Source of the DNA: Ginglymostoma cirratum
Taxonomy: Eukaryota
Assembly: GCA_024137785.1 (NCBI GenBank)
Contig: JAHRHZ010000020.1
Coordinates: forward strand, 53,646,551-53,710,550
DNA: 64,000 nucleotides
Direction: 5' to 3'
Part shown: piece after piece, positions 53,140-64,000 of the stretch
Numbering within the stretch: the stretch's first letter is position 1
Layout: each line of letters starts with the position of its first letter
Program-made: the position numbers and the translations under genes
Notes under the pieces: model-generated
What the model was told of the DNA's origin: nothing
Databases searched by the model: none
Seen by the model: the letters and a program-made list of their open reading frames with translations, nothing else

Positions 53140-54372
53140 GGCCAGCGTCTGATTGTCAATACTAAGGAGCACGTATCATTTCAAAAAGGTATGGCAGAAA
53201 GTAAGAGACGGTGAGACAGCTCTTCTAATAGTGAAGTACTGTTGTGAGAAATTACTTTGAAATAGGTCAGTAAATCGCAAAATAATGGGAGCTTGTAAGA
53301 AAGGTAGTGGAATAATCATGGGCAGTTTTAATATTTATACAGATTGGACAAATCAAAAATAGCCTTGAGGATGACTTCATGCAACGTATTTAGCAGCTAA
53401 AGTAAAGCATTTGTCCCTTAGGGGGATGGGACTGGTGAAGTAATAATTGGAAATAAATAGAGAAAGATTTTGAACATATATTTCGTCCTGATCCGATGGC
53501 ACCATTCCAGCTACAGTATCAAATCAAAAGGATAAAGGAAACGTGGGACTTAAAACTATAATGATTGTTTTAGAAAAACAAAATCTAGGCAAACTAATGA
53601 GATTATAGACTGACAAGTACCTTGAACCTGAGACCCTGCTTCCTAGAATTTTATAAGAGACTGTAGAAATAGTGAACATTTTGGCAGTAACCTCCCAAAG
53701 TTCCCTAGATTCTGAAAAGGTTTTAGTGGATTGGAAAACCATATGTGTTTAAAACAAACAGAGACAGAAAGTAGAAAACTATAGGTCAGGTGGCCTAACA
53801 TTTGTTATTGGGAAATTACAAGAATTTACTGTTAAATAAGTGATAGCAGCACATTTTAAAAAATGTAATGCATTTTGTTCTTGAACGGGTAAGATTCACC
53901 AAATTAATTTGAGCACTTTGAGAATGCAAAAAGCAAGATCATGTGGTCTGATATGTAGTATATTTGGACCGTAATGCTTCTCTTACTATTGTAGACTGTC
54001 CCAGATGAGTGGGGATCCAGAGACACTTTTTCAGACGATAATTTTTAAATTGTGTTCCCAGCCCCACCAATTATTAGAAGTTTGGCCCAAAGAATCTGCG
54101 TAGTGATATCGATAGTTTAAGTGAGTGACTAAACATTCAGCAGATAGAGCATAATGTGAGAAAAAATGAGATTATCCGTTTCACCAGAATGAACAGGAAA
54201 TCAAAATATTATTAAATATTTGAGAAGTTGTGTCAAAAGAGATTGCAGAAGGTCGCAGTACAGAAGGATCTGTGTGTGTTTTATATCACAAAGTAGTAGC
54301 ATACAGGTACAGCAAGTAATCAGAAGGCCAAAGGATTGTTGGCTTTTACTGCAAAAGGGATGGAGTATAAAG
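53140..54372 (+). mobile_element. Decayed CR1 LINE fragment
   Basis: Remnants such as ENYRSGGLT and QVIRRP..LLAFTAKGMEYK typical of CR1 ORF2; boundaries approximate. Confidence 0.65.
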
Positions 54373-55705
54373 GTGGGGAGCGGAAGTGGGAGCTATCCAT
54401 TGTCCATTTCAAGCCCACTGACTCCCACAGCTACCTGGAATACACCTCCTCCCACCCACCCTCCTGCAAAAATGCCATCCCCTGTTCCCAATTCCTCCGC
54501 CTCCGCCGCATCTGCTCCCAGGATGAGACATTCCACTCCCGTACATCTCAGATGTCCTCATTCTTCAAGGACTGCAACATCCCCCCCACAGTGGTCGAGA
54601 ACGCCCTCGACCGTGTCTCCCACATTTCCCGGAACACATCCCTCACGCCCTGTCCCCGCAATAATAACCAAAAAAGAATACTCCTCGTCCTCACGTACCA
54701 CCCCACCAACCTCCGGATCCAACGCATCATCCTCCGACACTTCCGCCATCTGCAATCAGACCCCACCACCAAAGACATTTTTCCCTCCCCACCCTTATCT
54801 GCCTTCCGGAGGGACCACTCCCTCCGTGACTCCCTTGTCCGCTCCACACTCCCCTCCAGCCCCACCACACCCGGCACTTTTCCCTGTAACCGCAGGAAGT
54901 GCTACACCTGCCCCCACACCTCCTCCCTCACCCCAATCCCAGGCCCCAAGAAGACTTTCCACATCAAGCAGATGTTCACCTGCACATCTGCCAATGTGGT
55001 ATACTGCATCCGCTGTACCCGTTGTGGCTTCCTCTACATCGGGGAAACCAAGCGGAGGCTTGGGGACCGCTTTGCAGAACACCTACGCTCGGTTCGCAAC
55101 AAACAACTGCACCTCCCAGTCGCGAACCATTTCAACTCCCCCTCCCATTCCTCGGATGACATGTCCATCCTGGGCCTCCTGCAACGCCACAGTGATGCCA
55201 CCCGAAGGCTGCAGGAACAGCAAATCATATTCAGCCTGGGAACCCTGCAGCCCAATGGCATCAATGTGGATTTCACAAGCTTCAAAATCTCCCCTCCCCC
55301 AACTGCATCCCAAAACCAGCCCAGCTCGTCTCCACCTCCCTGACCTGTTTTTCCTCTCACCTATCCCCTCCTCCCACCTCAAGCCGCACCCCCATCTCCT
55401 ATCTACTAACATCATCCCGCCCCCTTGACCTGTCCGTCCTCCCTGGACTGACCTATCTCCTCCCTACCCCCCCACTTACACTCACCTTTACTGGCTCCAT
55501 CCCCGCCTCTTCGACCTGTCTGCCTCCTCTCCACCTATCCTCTCCTCTATCCATCCTCTATCCGCCTCCCCATCTCTCCCTATTTATTTCAGAACCCTCC
55601 TCCCCTCCCCCATTTCTGATGAAGGGTTTCGGCCCGAAACGTCAAGTTTTCCTGCTCCAATGATGCTGCTTGACCTGCTGTGTTCATCCAGCCCCATGCT
55701 TGTTA
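54373..55705 (+). mobile_element. Penelope-like retroelement, 5'-truncated (RT thumb + GIY-YIG endonuclease + 3' pLTR)
   Basis: ORF to 55343 with KPTDSHSYL, HPxxCKxAIP, CxRxKCxTC and VVYCIRCTRCGFLYIGETKRRLGDRFAEH (GIY-YIG with Cys motifs), then a pyrimidine-rich 3' region and hammerhead motif. Confidence 0.92.
55616..55643 (+). ncRNA. Minimal hammerhead ribozyme core in Penelope pLTR
   Basis: CTGATGA-A-GGGT-TTCG-GCCC-GAAA-CGTC: both catalytic boxes, stem II and a GUC cleavage triplet. Confidence 0.8.
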
Positions 55706-56089
55706 ACCCACAAGTTTCACTGTTTTAAACAAAGAGAAGCTGAAATTCAGAGAAGCTGAAATCTAATGACTACAGTCTATCTAAAATAGTTACATTAAGG
55801 ATATTAAAAGTACAAAGGACACTGTTACTTAGACTCAAACCTGAAATTCCTAGTTCATAGTTTCTACTACATCCATTTGACGTATACCCCGAAAACTCAA
55901 GAGCCAAGCTTGGAAGGTTAACTACTTGGTCTGAGCACTACTTCAAGGTTCATACAAGGATTGAGATTCCGTGGGCCTTCGGTTTTATTCTGGCAAGGTT
56001 TTCCCAAGAAATCCCTTCGAACCATCCCACGGCTGTAGAATGGCTGATTAACACAGGCCTTGCTTTAGCTTAAGCATCTATCTAGAAAT

Positions 56090-57145
56090 ATGGAAAAATG
56101 TCCTGTGCAAAAAAGCAAGACAAATCAAATACGGCTGATTAACAACCTCTCAGCAAAGTGATGGAAAGTGTCATCACATGCATAGGAAATAACCTGCTCC
56201 CTGATGGTCAGTCTCAGTTCTCCCAGTGCCACTCAGCACCTAGCCTCATTACAGCCTTTGTTCAAACATGGACAAAAAGCTTAATTCCAGAAGTGAAGTG
56301 AGAGTGACAGCCCTTGACATCAAAGCTGCAATTGACCAAGTGTGGCATCAAGGAGCCCTATCAAAACTGGAATCAATGGGAATCGGGGGTAAACTGTCCA
56401 CTAGCAAGAGAGTAACATGATACAAAGGAAGATGGTTTTGGAGGTCAGTTATCCCCGGCTCCAGGACGCCTCTGCAGGAGTTCCTCAGGACTGTGTCTGC
56501 CAACCAACCATCTTCAGTTGCTTCATTAAGATCTTCCCTCCATCATAAGTGGGGAAGTTCACTGATGATTGCACAATGTTCAACACCATTTGTGACATCT
56601 TCTGTTTCCCCAAAGCCAGTCCATCATCTGTAAGACACAAGTCAGGAGTGTGATGGAATACTCCCCACTTGACTGGATGCTTGCAGCTCCAACAACACTG
56701 AAGATACTCGACACCATCCAGGACAAAGCAGCCCACTTGACTGGCGACCACCCAACTACACTTTCAACCTTCGGTCCCTTCATAACTGGCACACAGTAAC
56801 AACAGTGTCTACCATCTACGAGGTGCACCTCAGTAACTCACCGAGGATCCTCTGACAGCACCTTCCAAAACTGCAATCTCTACCCCTGGATGGACAAGGA
56901 CAACAGGTATATGGAACCACCAGCACTTGCAAATTCCCTTCCAAGGCACACATCTTCCTGACTTGGAACTACATTGTCGTTCCCTCACTGTCGCAGGTCA
57001 AAATTCTGAAACTCCCTTCCTAATAGTTTCCCTCACCCCAAGGACCTCAACAGTTCAAGAAAGCTGCTCACCACCACCTTCTCCAGGGCAGTTAGAGATG
57101 GCAATAAATGTTGGTCTAGCCAGCAATGCCCATATCCCATGACAA
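56090..57145 (+). mobile_element. Decayed CR1/L2-group LINE 3' part
   Basis: RT motifs VTALDIKAAIDQVWHQG and GVPQ; 3' tail shared with the SINEs above. Confidence 0.8.
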
Positions 57146-57472
57146 ATAGAGAAGAAAAGCTTTGATTCTAATGTTATTTCACTCCAAAGTTGTGTACCTA
57201 GAACTCTCGCTCATGTTCTAAAACTCCAAAGTCTTGTGTCCAGAACTCTCTCTTCTCGGCTTAACTGTTTCAGAAGTCCAACTCCACGAAAGCAATATTT
57301 CATGAATTAAGCTTTGTCCTGAATTAAAACTCCACTCTTTGAAGACAGAGCCACACTTACGATTAAGTTCTGATTGATAGTTTTCCTTTCAATGTTTGTA
57401 TCTTCCAGGGTGGTTGGTCATGGCCAGTTACTGGAAGCAAATGATTGTTTACAAGGAATCATTTTAAGAGAA

Positions 57473-57641
57473 GATAATAGGAACTGCAGATGCTGGAGAA
57501 TCCAAGATAACAAGGTGTAGAGCTGGATGAATACAGCAGCACAAATGCATTTCTGATGAAGGGTCTTGGCCCGAAACGTCAGCCTTCCTGCTCCTATGAC
57601 GCTGCTTGGCCTGCTGTGTTCATCCAGCTCCACACCTTGTT
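57473..57641. mobile_element. Non-autonomous Penelope-derived inverted-pLTR element with 15-bp TSD
   Basis: Inverted arms; flanked by ATCATTTTAAGAGAA at 57458-57472 and 57642-57656. Confidence 0.85.
57553..57580 (+). ncRNA. Minimal hammerhead ribozyme core in non-autonomous element
   Basis: CTGATGA-A-GGGT-CTTG-GCCC-GAAA-CGTC. Confidence 0.75.
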
Positions 57642-58439
57642 ATCATTTTAAGAGAAACCTGGTTCTGGAAGTATTTTTCCTCAAAAGCACATGGGCTTTT
57701 GGGCACAAGCACATCACAGAATTCCTACATATTTTCTAATCTACCTGTTCAGGAATATTGTGACACATCTCTGGAGCAAGTGGTACTTAAACCCTGGCTC
57801 AGAGGTAGGGACAATAATTCTGCACCACAAGAACCCCCACACTATTCCTACACTTAGTGCAAATTGGGTGACAAAAGCTTTAGAAGAGTTAAATTTGGCC
57901 TTGTTAGAATTGGCAACAAGTGTCTTTGAGAGTCCAAGGAATTGGCTTTTCAGACTGCGTTGATGAATCTCCCTGGAGTTATGGGACCAGTCGGAGCAGA
58001 CAAACTGAGTATGTCGGCCCTGGACATGCTTAAGTTACAATGCTGTCGGTAACAAAGTGGTTGTGATAACCAGTGCCCTCCAGCTATGCCCCACATGGCA
58101 TCAATAGTCTGGATGAGCATCTAGTTTGTGTGGGAGTCATTGGTTCCTTCAATGGGGGAGTGTAATCGAGGCTGAGATTTTCCATGTTGAATTTGAAGCG
58201 TGGCAGCGAGGATTTTAAATAGCGCATGTCCATCAATGCCTGAGGGTTATCATGTGCTTCTCAGCTTATTATCTAGACAAGGGAGATGGTGCACCAGTTA
58301 GTTGGTGAATCTCAAATGGCAAGCAAGACAGAGGTTTTTGCCACGAACAGGCCCTTCTGGGTCCTAAGGTTCTGGAACTATATTTAAAGGCCACCTGGAC
58401 ACCTCATCACTGTCTATGAGCCAGGAACTCCCTTGAAGC

Positions 58440-58650
58440 TGGGAAATGCTTTCTGAAGGGTCGTTGATGCTGCTGTACGAGGTCACTGTGGGAAGGTCCA
58501 TCCCATTCCCAGGGGATGGCATCAGACACCATCCTATTGGACAATTCTGGCTGGAAGCACTGTGTGTCAATATCAGCGGTCCATACAACAGGGATGGCAA
58601 AACAGTGCTGGAAGAAAATGAATGACCTCATGCCCTTCACAAGGGTAAGT
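58440..58650 (+). mobile_element. Decayed Myb/SANT-like exon, probably of a PIF/Harbinger transposon
   Basis: FSEGSLMLL.EV...FPGDG then (frameshift) W...SAV....AKQCWKKMNDL followed by GTAAGT. Confidence 0.55.
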
Positions 58651-59699
58651 GACACCATCTTCTCTCCAACACCTCACACTCACTGGGACATCACTCAGCC
58701 TCACTCTTGTACCTTACAGGCGTCTCAAGTGGTCATAGGCTGCAAGCTGCAGCCTCGCATCGAAGATGCGTGAGCGCAAGGGATCACACCCACCTCATGC
58801 TCTCAAGCTACTAGCCCTTCCTGCCCACTGTGCTTTCTACTCACAGGGCACCCCTCACCACCTTTCAAGGTTCTGTGCACTCATAAACTGCTCCTGCATC
58901 CGTTCCAATCGCACTCACTCCTCTTTATCTCATTGCAGAAGCAGATACACAACTTTGCAGAGAGGGCCAAGTTCAGTGAGGTGAGACATATAAATGTCCT
59001 CAGCTCTTTTGAGGAAAGGGCCATCAAGCTGGCTGGGGAAGACTTTGGTGACAGTGAGACACAAGTGGGCCACTAACCCAATAAGCAACGTAGGGCTCCA
59101 CTCATCTCAGATGAGCAGTAAGGCCAACACACTGGTCTACATCGGTTATTCCGGGCCTTCACCAATCAATTCTTTCTATTCTCCTCTGCAGGCACTGATG
59201 TCACCCAGCACCAGTCTCAGGCTAAGAGGCTGCAACCAGAGCCCATCCTGTGCCAGCAACAGCTCAGACGGTGAAAAGTGTTCACCCAATCACCCACCAA
59301 TGTTGAGACCTTGGTGGGTCCTTTAACCAAAATAATCTGGTGAGCACAGCACTGTCTGCAGCCTCCAGAGGAAGAAACATAACCAGGCACCTGCTTGGTG
59401 AGAAGAAGGGACTCCTGGACTGAGGTTGAGGTGCCGAAGCTGAGCATCTATGGCCGAAGTAATGGAGTGCAGGTCTGAGCACATATCCACAGCCACTGAG
59501 TGCTCTTGCTGGACCTGGGTCTCAAAGGTGGCTCCCACTTGTTCCATGAAGACAAGCAGGGGCTTGCATGCCAGACTCATCGTCATGGTGAGGATATGGG
59601 TGGTTTCCTCATTTCGAGTTTTGTTCTTGCCTCCCGAGACCCTCTGGCACATGTACCTGATGTTCGCACGCCGCCCTATCAAGGTTGACTATGTAACTT

Positions 59700-59872
59700 A
59701 TGTACTGTTACAACATTTAAAAGATATTTAGCTAAATACATGAATAAGAAATATTTGGATGGTTAAAGGCCAAGCATAGGCTGGTGGGAATTGTTTAGTT
59801 TGGGACTATAGTCGGTATGGACTGGTTGGACTGAACGGCCTGTTTCCATGCTGTATGACTACGACTCTATGG
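59700..59872 (+). mobile_element. CR1 LINE 3' end
   Basis: ggcctgtttccatgctgtatgact..gactctatg tail. Confidence 0.7.
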
Positions 59873-60789
59873 TTGAGTGCAGAGGCACATATTCTGCACA
59901 GGGCCTGCTTCTTAGGAGCAATGGTAGAATCGTCCATGTATCTACATGCTTCAGCAGTGAGTAGTCTATTCCATGTCAGAGGTTCTACACACTACGACAC
60001 TTACGACTGCGAGGTGGGCAATGGTTAAATCGTGTCAATTTACTGCGAGTGTGGAAACAAATGGACAGGGCACATCCACACTTCGTAGTCCATAACAGCG
60101 GAAGCCATGCCAGTGAAGATGCTCAGGCAATTCAAGGGTAGAGTGAAGGCTTGTTTTGTTCCACAGCACTGTAGGGATGATGACGAGGACCACTTTCAAG
60201 ATGTGAGACAGCTCAGTAACATTAACATTTCTGTTCCAAGGCAGCCAAAGCTATGTTCTCACCCAGAGGAGTGAAGTCGACAGGCACACCTTTGATTTTT
60301 GCAGTAAAGCTTATGAAATGTTGAGTATCTTGATTGGGCAGAAGTTAATTGGGAAGTTAATCCTGGCTAGGTGGGTCATAAATGCATGTTTTTGGAATTC
60401 TGATGATAAGAAAGGAGGGACAACTTAATTGCTAAACTTTCCTAGATGACAAGATTCTGACTTTTGGAGGTTTGCTCAATTAACTCATGACACTCACCAT
60501 TATTCTTGCACCTCAGCAACCAGAAAGGCGTCCAGTCTAAACCATTCTGATTATGTTGGAACCCCTATCCACGATAACTGCCTCCGGAATAAGTTGGGGA
60601 AGCTGGGATTTTCAGCATTGGGAGTCTTTATCCCTGGGCATCGCTGGCAACATTTGAAGCAGTTGAAGGCCCCAATTCCTTACAGGACCAAGTAGGGACT
60701 CGTGATTATAACTCAAGTCTATCCTGATCCTTTCCTATCTCAACTGAATCTGTTATGCCCAGGTCCTGGAAGTGAGGCTTCAGTCCCTG

Positions 60790-61175
60790 CTAACCTTTTG
60801 AGTGCGGCAGCCTCAAACACCATTACATTACTGAGGGTGTTCTGCACAGTCGGTTGTACTGTTTTATAGCTCTGTGACTTAAGGCTAGAAGTCTGATGCT
60901 ATCTCAGGTGATCGCAAAAGATCCCACCGTATTACTTTGAAGCACAGCTAAGGGAATTCTTCCAGGTGCCTGACACAATATACGTTCCTCAACCAATGTC
61001 AATGGAACAGATTATAGGGTCATTTATCCAATTGCTGCCTGTGGGATCTGACTGTGCACAAATTGGCTGCTGTTTTTCTGATCTTACAACAGTGACTACA
61101 CTTTGAAAGTATTCCAGTGGCTGCAAAGTACATTGGTAAGCCCTGGTTGTTGCCATATAAATTCAAGCATTCTTT
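60790..61175 (+). mobile_element. Deu-domain SINE (SacSINE/AmnSINE-like)
   Basis: attgctg..tgtgggatct..ctgtgcacaaattggctgc core; further decayed copies at ~61810-62020, 40540-40895 and 1100-1440. Confidence 0.65.
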
Positions 61176-61590
61176 TCTTTCATCTTGCTGTGCTGTTTCA
61201 TCGGACTGCTGCTGGAATAGAATCAGGCCGTGCTAAGAGTAGCAGGCCAAATCCAGGAACTCTCCAAACAGTATTTTCTGCACACTTTTCCTCATCAGGA
61301 TGTTGCAACTGGGACTTGAACGCCCTGATGAAATATCTTTAGTGTCAGTTACTTAATGGAAGACGGTATTTTTTTGGGCACTGAGATCTCTGGCAGTACG
61401 TGCAGTGATCCCCTGGAGTGTGTCCTTCTTGAGGATGTCCCTGTCATACTGACAGGAGTTACCACGTTGAGAAGACCCAAGCAGTTGCCATGCCAAGTGC
61501 ATTGTGACCACAGGATGGTGCTATATTACCCTTTAAAGGCAGTTCTGTCACTGAAACCAGAGATAAAGAAATATCGGTGTAAAGAAATGT

Positions 61591-61730
61591 TCTTCAGAAA
61601 AATGAAGAAGGGTCTAGGCCCGAAACGTCAGCCTTCCTGCCCCTCTGATGCTGCTTGGCCTGCTGTGTTCATCCAGCTCTACGCCTTGTTATCTCAGATT
61701 CTCCAGCATCTGCGGTTCCTGCTATCTCGG
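61591..61730 (+). mobile_element. Non-autonomous Penelope-derived element with 10-bp TSD
   Basis: Same pLTR sequence; flanked by AAAGAAATGT at 61581-61590 and 61731-61740. Confidence 0.82.
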
Positions 61731-63074
61731 AAAGAAATGTCACCTATTTACTGATTAATGAGCATTCTCAAGAACTTACTTTTCAGGGTGCAGCACATTC
61801 ATTCATTCGTCCATAAAAGATCCAATAGCACTCTTCCAAAGAAGAGTGGGTGGAGATTACCCTGATTTCCTGACCAAAATTTACCCTTCACGCACTATAA
61901 GAAATTATCTGGTCATTATCCAACTACTGCTTGTGGATGTTTGCAACATTTAAATTGTCTGCTGTGTTTCCTACAATCTGTGCTTTAAAAGTCCTCAATT
62001 TGTTGTAAAGTGCTGGTAGAATGTTTTGAGATTTGAGCAGAAATTCCCAGATTTTCCCATACCTTTGACAGGAGAAATTCTTCCCGACATTACCATTGAC
62101 TCTGATTTAAAATTTATGTCCCCTTTTCCTGTATTTTCCCATTAGAGGAAACAGATTTCTTTCCATCCACCTAATCAAATCCTTTAATCATCTAAATAAC
62201 TCAATTAGATTAACCTTTAATCTTTTATAGCAAATACAAATTGTAGGCAATGCAATCTGTGCTCAGCATTTAATCCTTTTAGTCTTGGTACAATTCTGAA
62301 AAGGATACCTTTAGCAGGACCTCAATTTCAATTATAATTCAATTTCAATTTCACGTTATTGTTCACACAGAAATTCATTTTGGTTACATGGCTCATTCAT
62401 TAGGAAAACATACATGTAAATGAACAATAACAGTAATACGGAAAAGAAATATCCTTTTGCAGAGGTCTACCTTTAATTAAAATGGACATTAAAGGCTGTT
62501 CAAATAAATTAAGATTATCCATCAGTGCAGAGTGCATATCAAAGTCAATACATCGACTCCTGTTAAAGGTTCTTACAGAAAATGGAAAAATGCGTCGAGG
62601 AACAAATCTGAGCGATTGCAACCTAATCTCTGAGTGCAACCAGCAGTGATACTGAGATAAGGGATGATTCTCTTTGTTCATGAGACTCTTCACTTCCATC
62701 AAAGTTCTTTGTGGCATAATTTCTTGAGAATGATTTGCTCATCAAATACCCTTCCTCCTTTGTTCAATAAGCTCTGTACCCTTAAGGAGTCTGCTTTCCT
62801 AAAACCACATTATCAGGCATCCAAAAGGGATAACACTCTCAACTAAAGACTGATAAAATTATTTCATAATGGTTGGATTAGTCAAAAGGATTTTCATTTT
62901 CTGTGGCAGTGTAATTGTGTCTATCCCCGGCCACCAAATCTGTACTCCAATTTGATTTATCATCAACTTTGATATTTATATTGTGATTAACTACTTCAAT
63001 GTCCACAGCATGAATGCTCCCAAGAAAAAAAACGTCATTAGCTAGCTTCTTCCTGAAGTCCATAACCAGTTCTT

Positions 63075-63975
63075 TTGAACTGAAAACAAAAAAATGCTGA
63101 AAATCACAGCAGGTCAGGCAGCATTCAGGGAGAGAGAGAGCAAACTAATGTTTTGAGTCTAGATTATTCTTCATGAGAGCTGATGTGAAGTGTGGGGCAG
63201 TATTTATGCAATAATTGGGTGGGGGTGAAGTGCTGGGGAATGAAAGGCGTTGATAGTTCAGATTAAGTGATCAGAATTTGGGAATGGCAGAACAATGGGG
63301 GAGGCGTTGGCCAATTGGTATAATTGCTGGACCGTTAATCCAGAGACTCGGATAACGTACTGGGAATGTAGGTTCGAATCCTGCCACGGCAGATGGTGGA
63401 ATTTAAATTCAATTAAAAAATATCTGGAATTAAGAATCTAATGATGACCATGAATCCATTATTGAAAAACCCATCAAGTTCACTAATATCCTTTAGGGAA
63501 GGAAACGGCTATCCTTACCTGGTCTGACCTACATACAACTCCAACAACAAAGTGGTTGACTCTTAACTGCCCTCTGGGCAATTAGGGATGCGCAATAAAT
63601 ACTGCCTGGTCAGCAACGCCTTCATCCCGTTAATGAATAAAGATAAATAAAGAAAAACAATGGTGTGTCCAACTGCCAAACTGGAAAGACCAGATAGTCC
63701 CATTGAGCTGGGGGGAAGTGAGAGAGGACATGGTGACAGAGAATGTAACAAGCAAATCAAAAAGAAAGGGAAGAAATGGGAGTGGATTCACAATCCGAAG
63801 GTGTTGAAGTCAATATTAAGTCCAGAAGGTTGTAAAGTGCTTGGTCTGAGGATATGTCATTCCTCCAGTTTGCGCTGTGATTAGCTGGAGCATTGTAGCC
63901 TGCCAAGGACAGACAAGTGGGTATGTGAGCAGGACGCTGTGTTAAAATGACTGGCTACGGGAAAGTCGGGGTCTT
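63075..63975 (-). mobile_element. Decayed Penelope-like element (GIY-YIG C-terminus + pLTR) interrupted by a SINE
   Basis: Minus strand reads PVASHFN...HLSVLG.LQC...RKLEE...TLQPSGLNIDF, homologous to the C-terminus of the 54336-55343 ORF. Confidence 0.8.
63299..63655 (+). mobile_element. tRNA-derived SINE with LINE-shared tail, 8-bp TSD
   Basis: B-box GGTTCGAATCC, A-rich tail, AACAATGG at 63291-63298 and 63656-63663. Confidence 0.82.
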
Positions 63976-64000
63976 CTTTTGTCTCGTTTTCATTCATTAG

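Noticed and set aside
54220-55428. 402-aa Pro/Ser/Thr-rich ORF and antisense ORFs
   Set aside because: Alternative frames of the C-rich Penelope ORF.
62400-63063. Minus-strand ORFs near the window end as a neighbouring gene
   Set aside because: No recognisable protein or consistent splice structure; more likely a decayed repeat.
63340-63395. tRNA-like GGTTCGAATCC
   Set aside because: SINE head; no full cloverleaf.
1-64000. Prokaryotic systems (CRISPR arrays, operons, rRNA)
   Set aside because: The sequence is a spliced vertebrate locus; the recurring repeats are dispersed, not regularly spaced arrays.

Overview
Eukaryotic vertebrate DNA. The repeat content (HE1-like SINEs, Deu-domain SINEs, CR1/L2 LINEs, Penelope-derived palindromes) points to a cartilaginous fish, probably a shark; this is inference. 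The window holds one complete protein-coding gene on the minus strand, CAPRIN2. I assembled it by hand into 19 coding exons from ATG 51466 to TGA 7807, about 982-990 aa with consistent splice phases: N-terminal HR-1, central W-containing repeats, HR-2/RGG region, C-terminal C1q domain. It has a CpG-island promoter, two apparent GC-AG introns, an overlapping uORF and candidate cassette exons that would remove the C1q domain. The rest is intron or intergenic DNA rich in transposon remnants. The most notable non-genic system is a 5'-truncated Penelope-like element (GIY-YIG) ending in a minimal hammerhead ribozyme. Many short non-coding derivatives of that end are scattered through the window, several palindromic and several with 10-16 bp target-site duplications. 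There is a 400-N assembly gap at 43962-44361. Most short ORFs in the supplied track are spurious.
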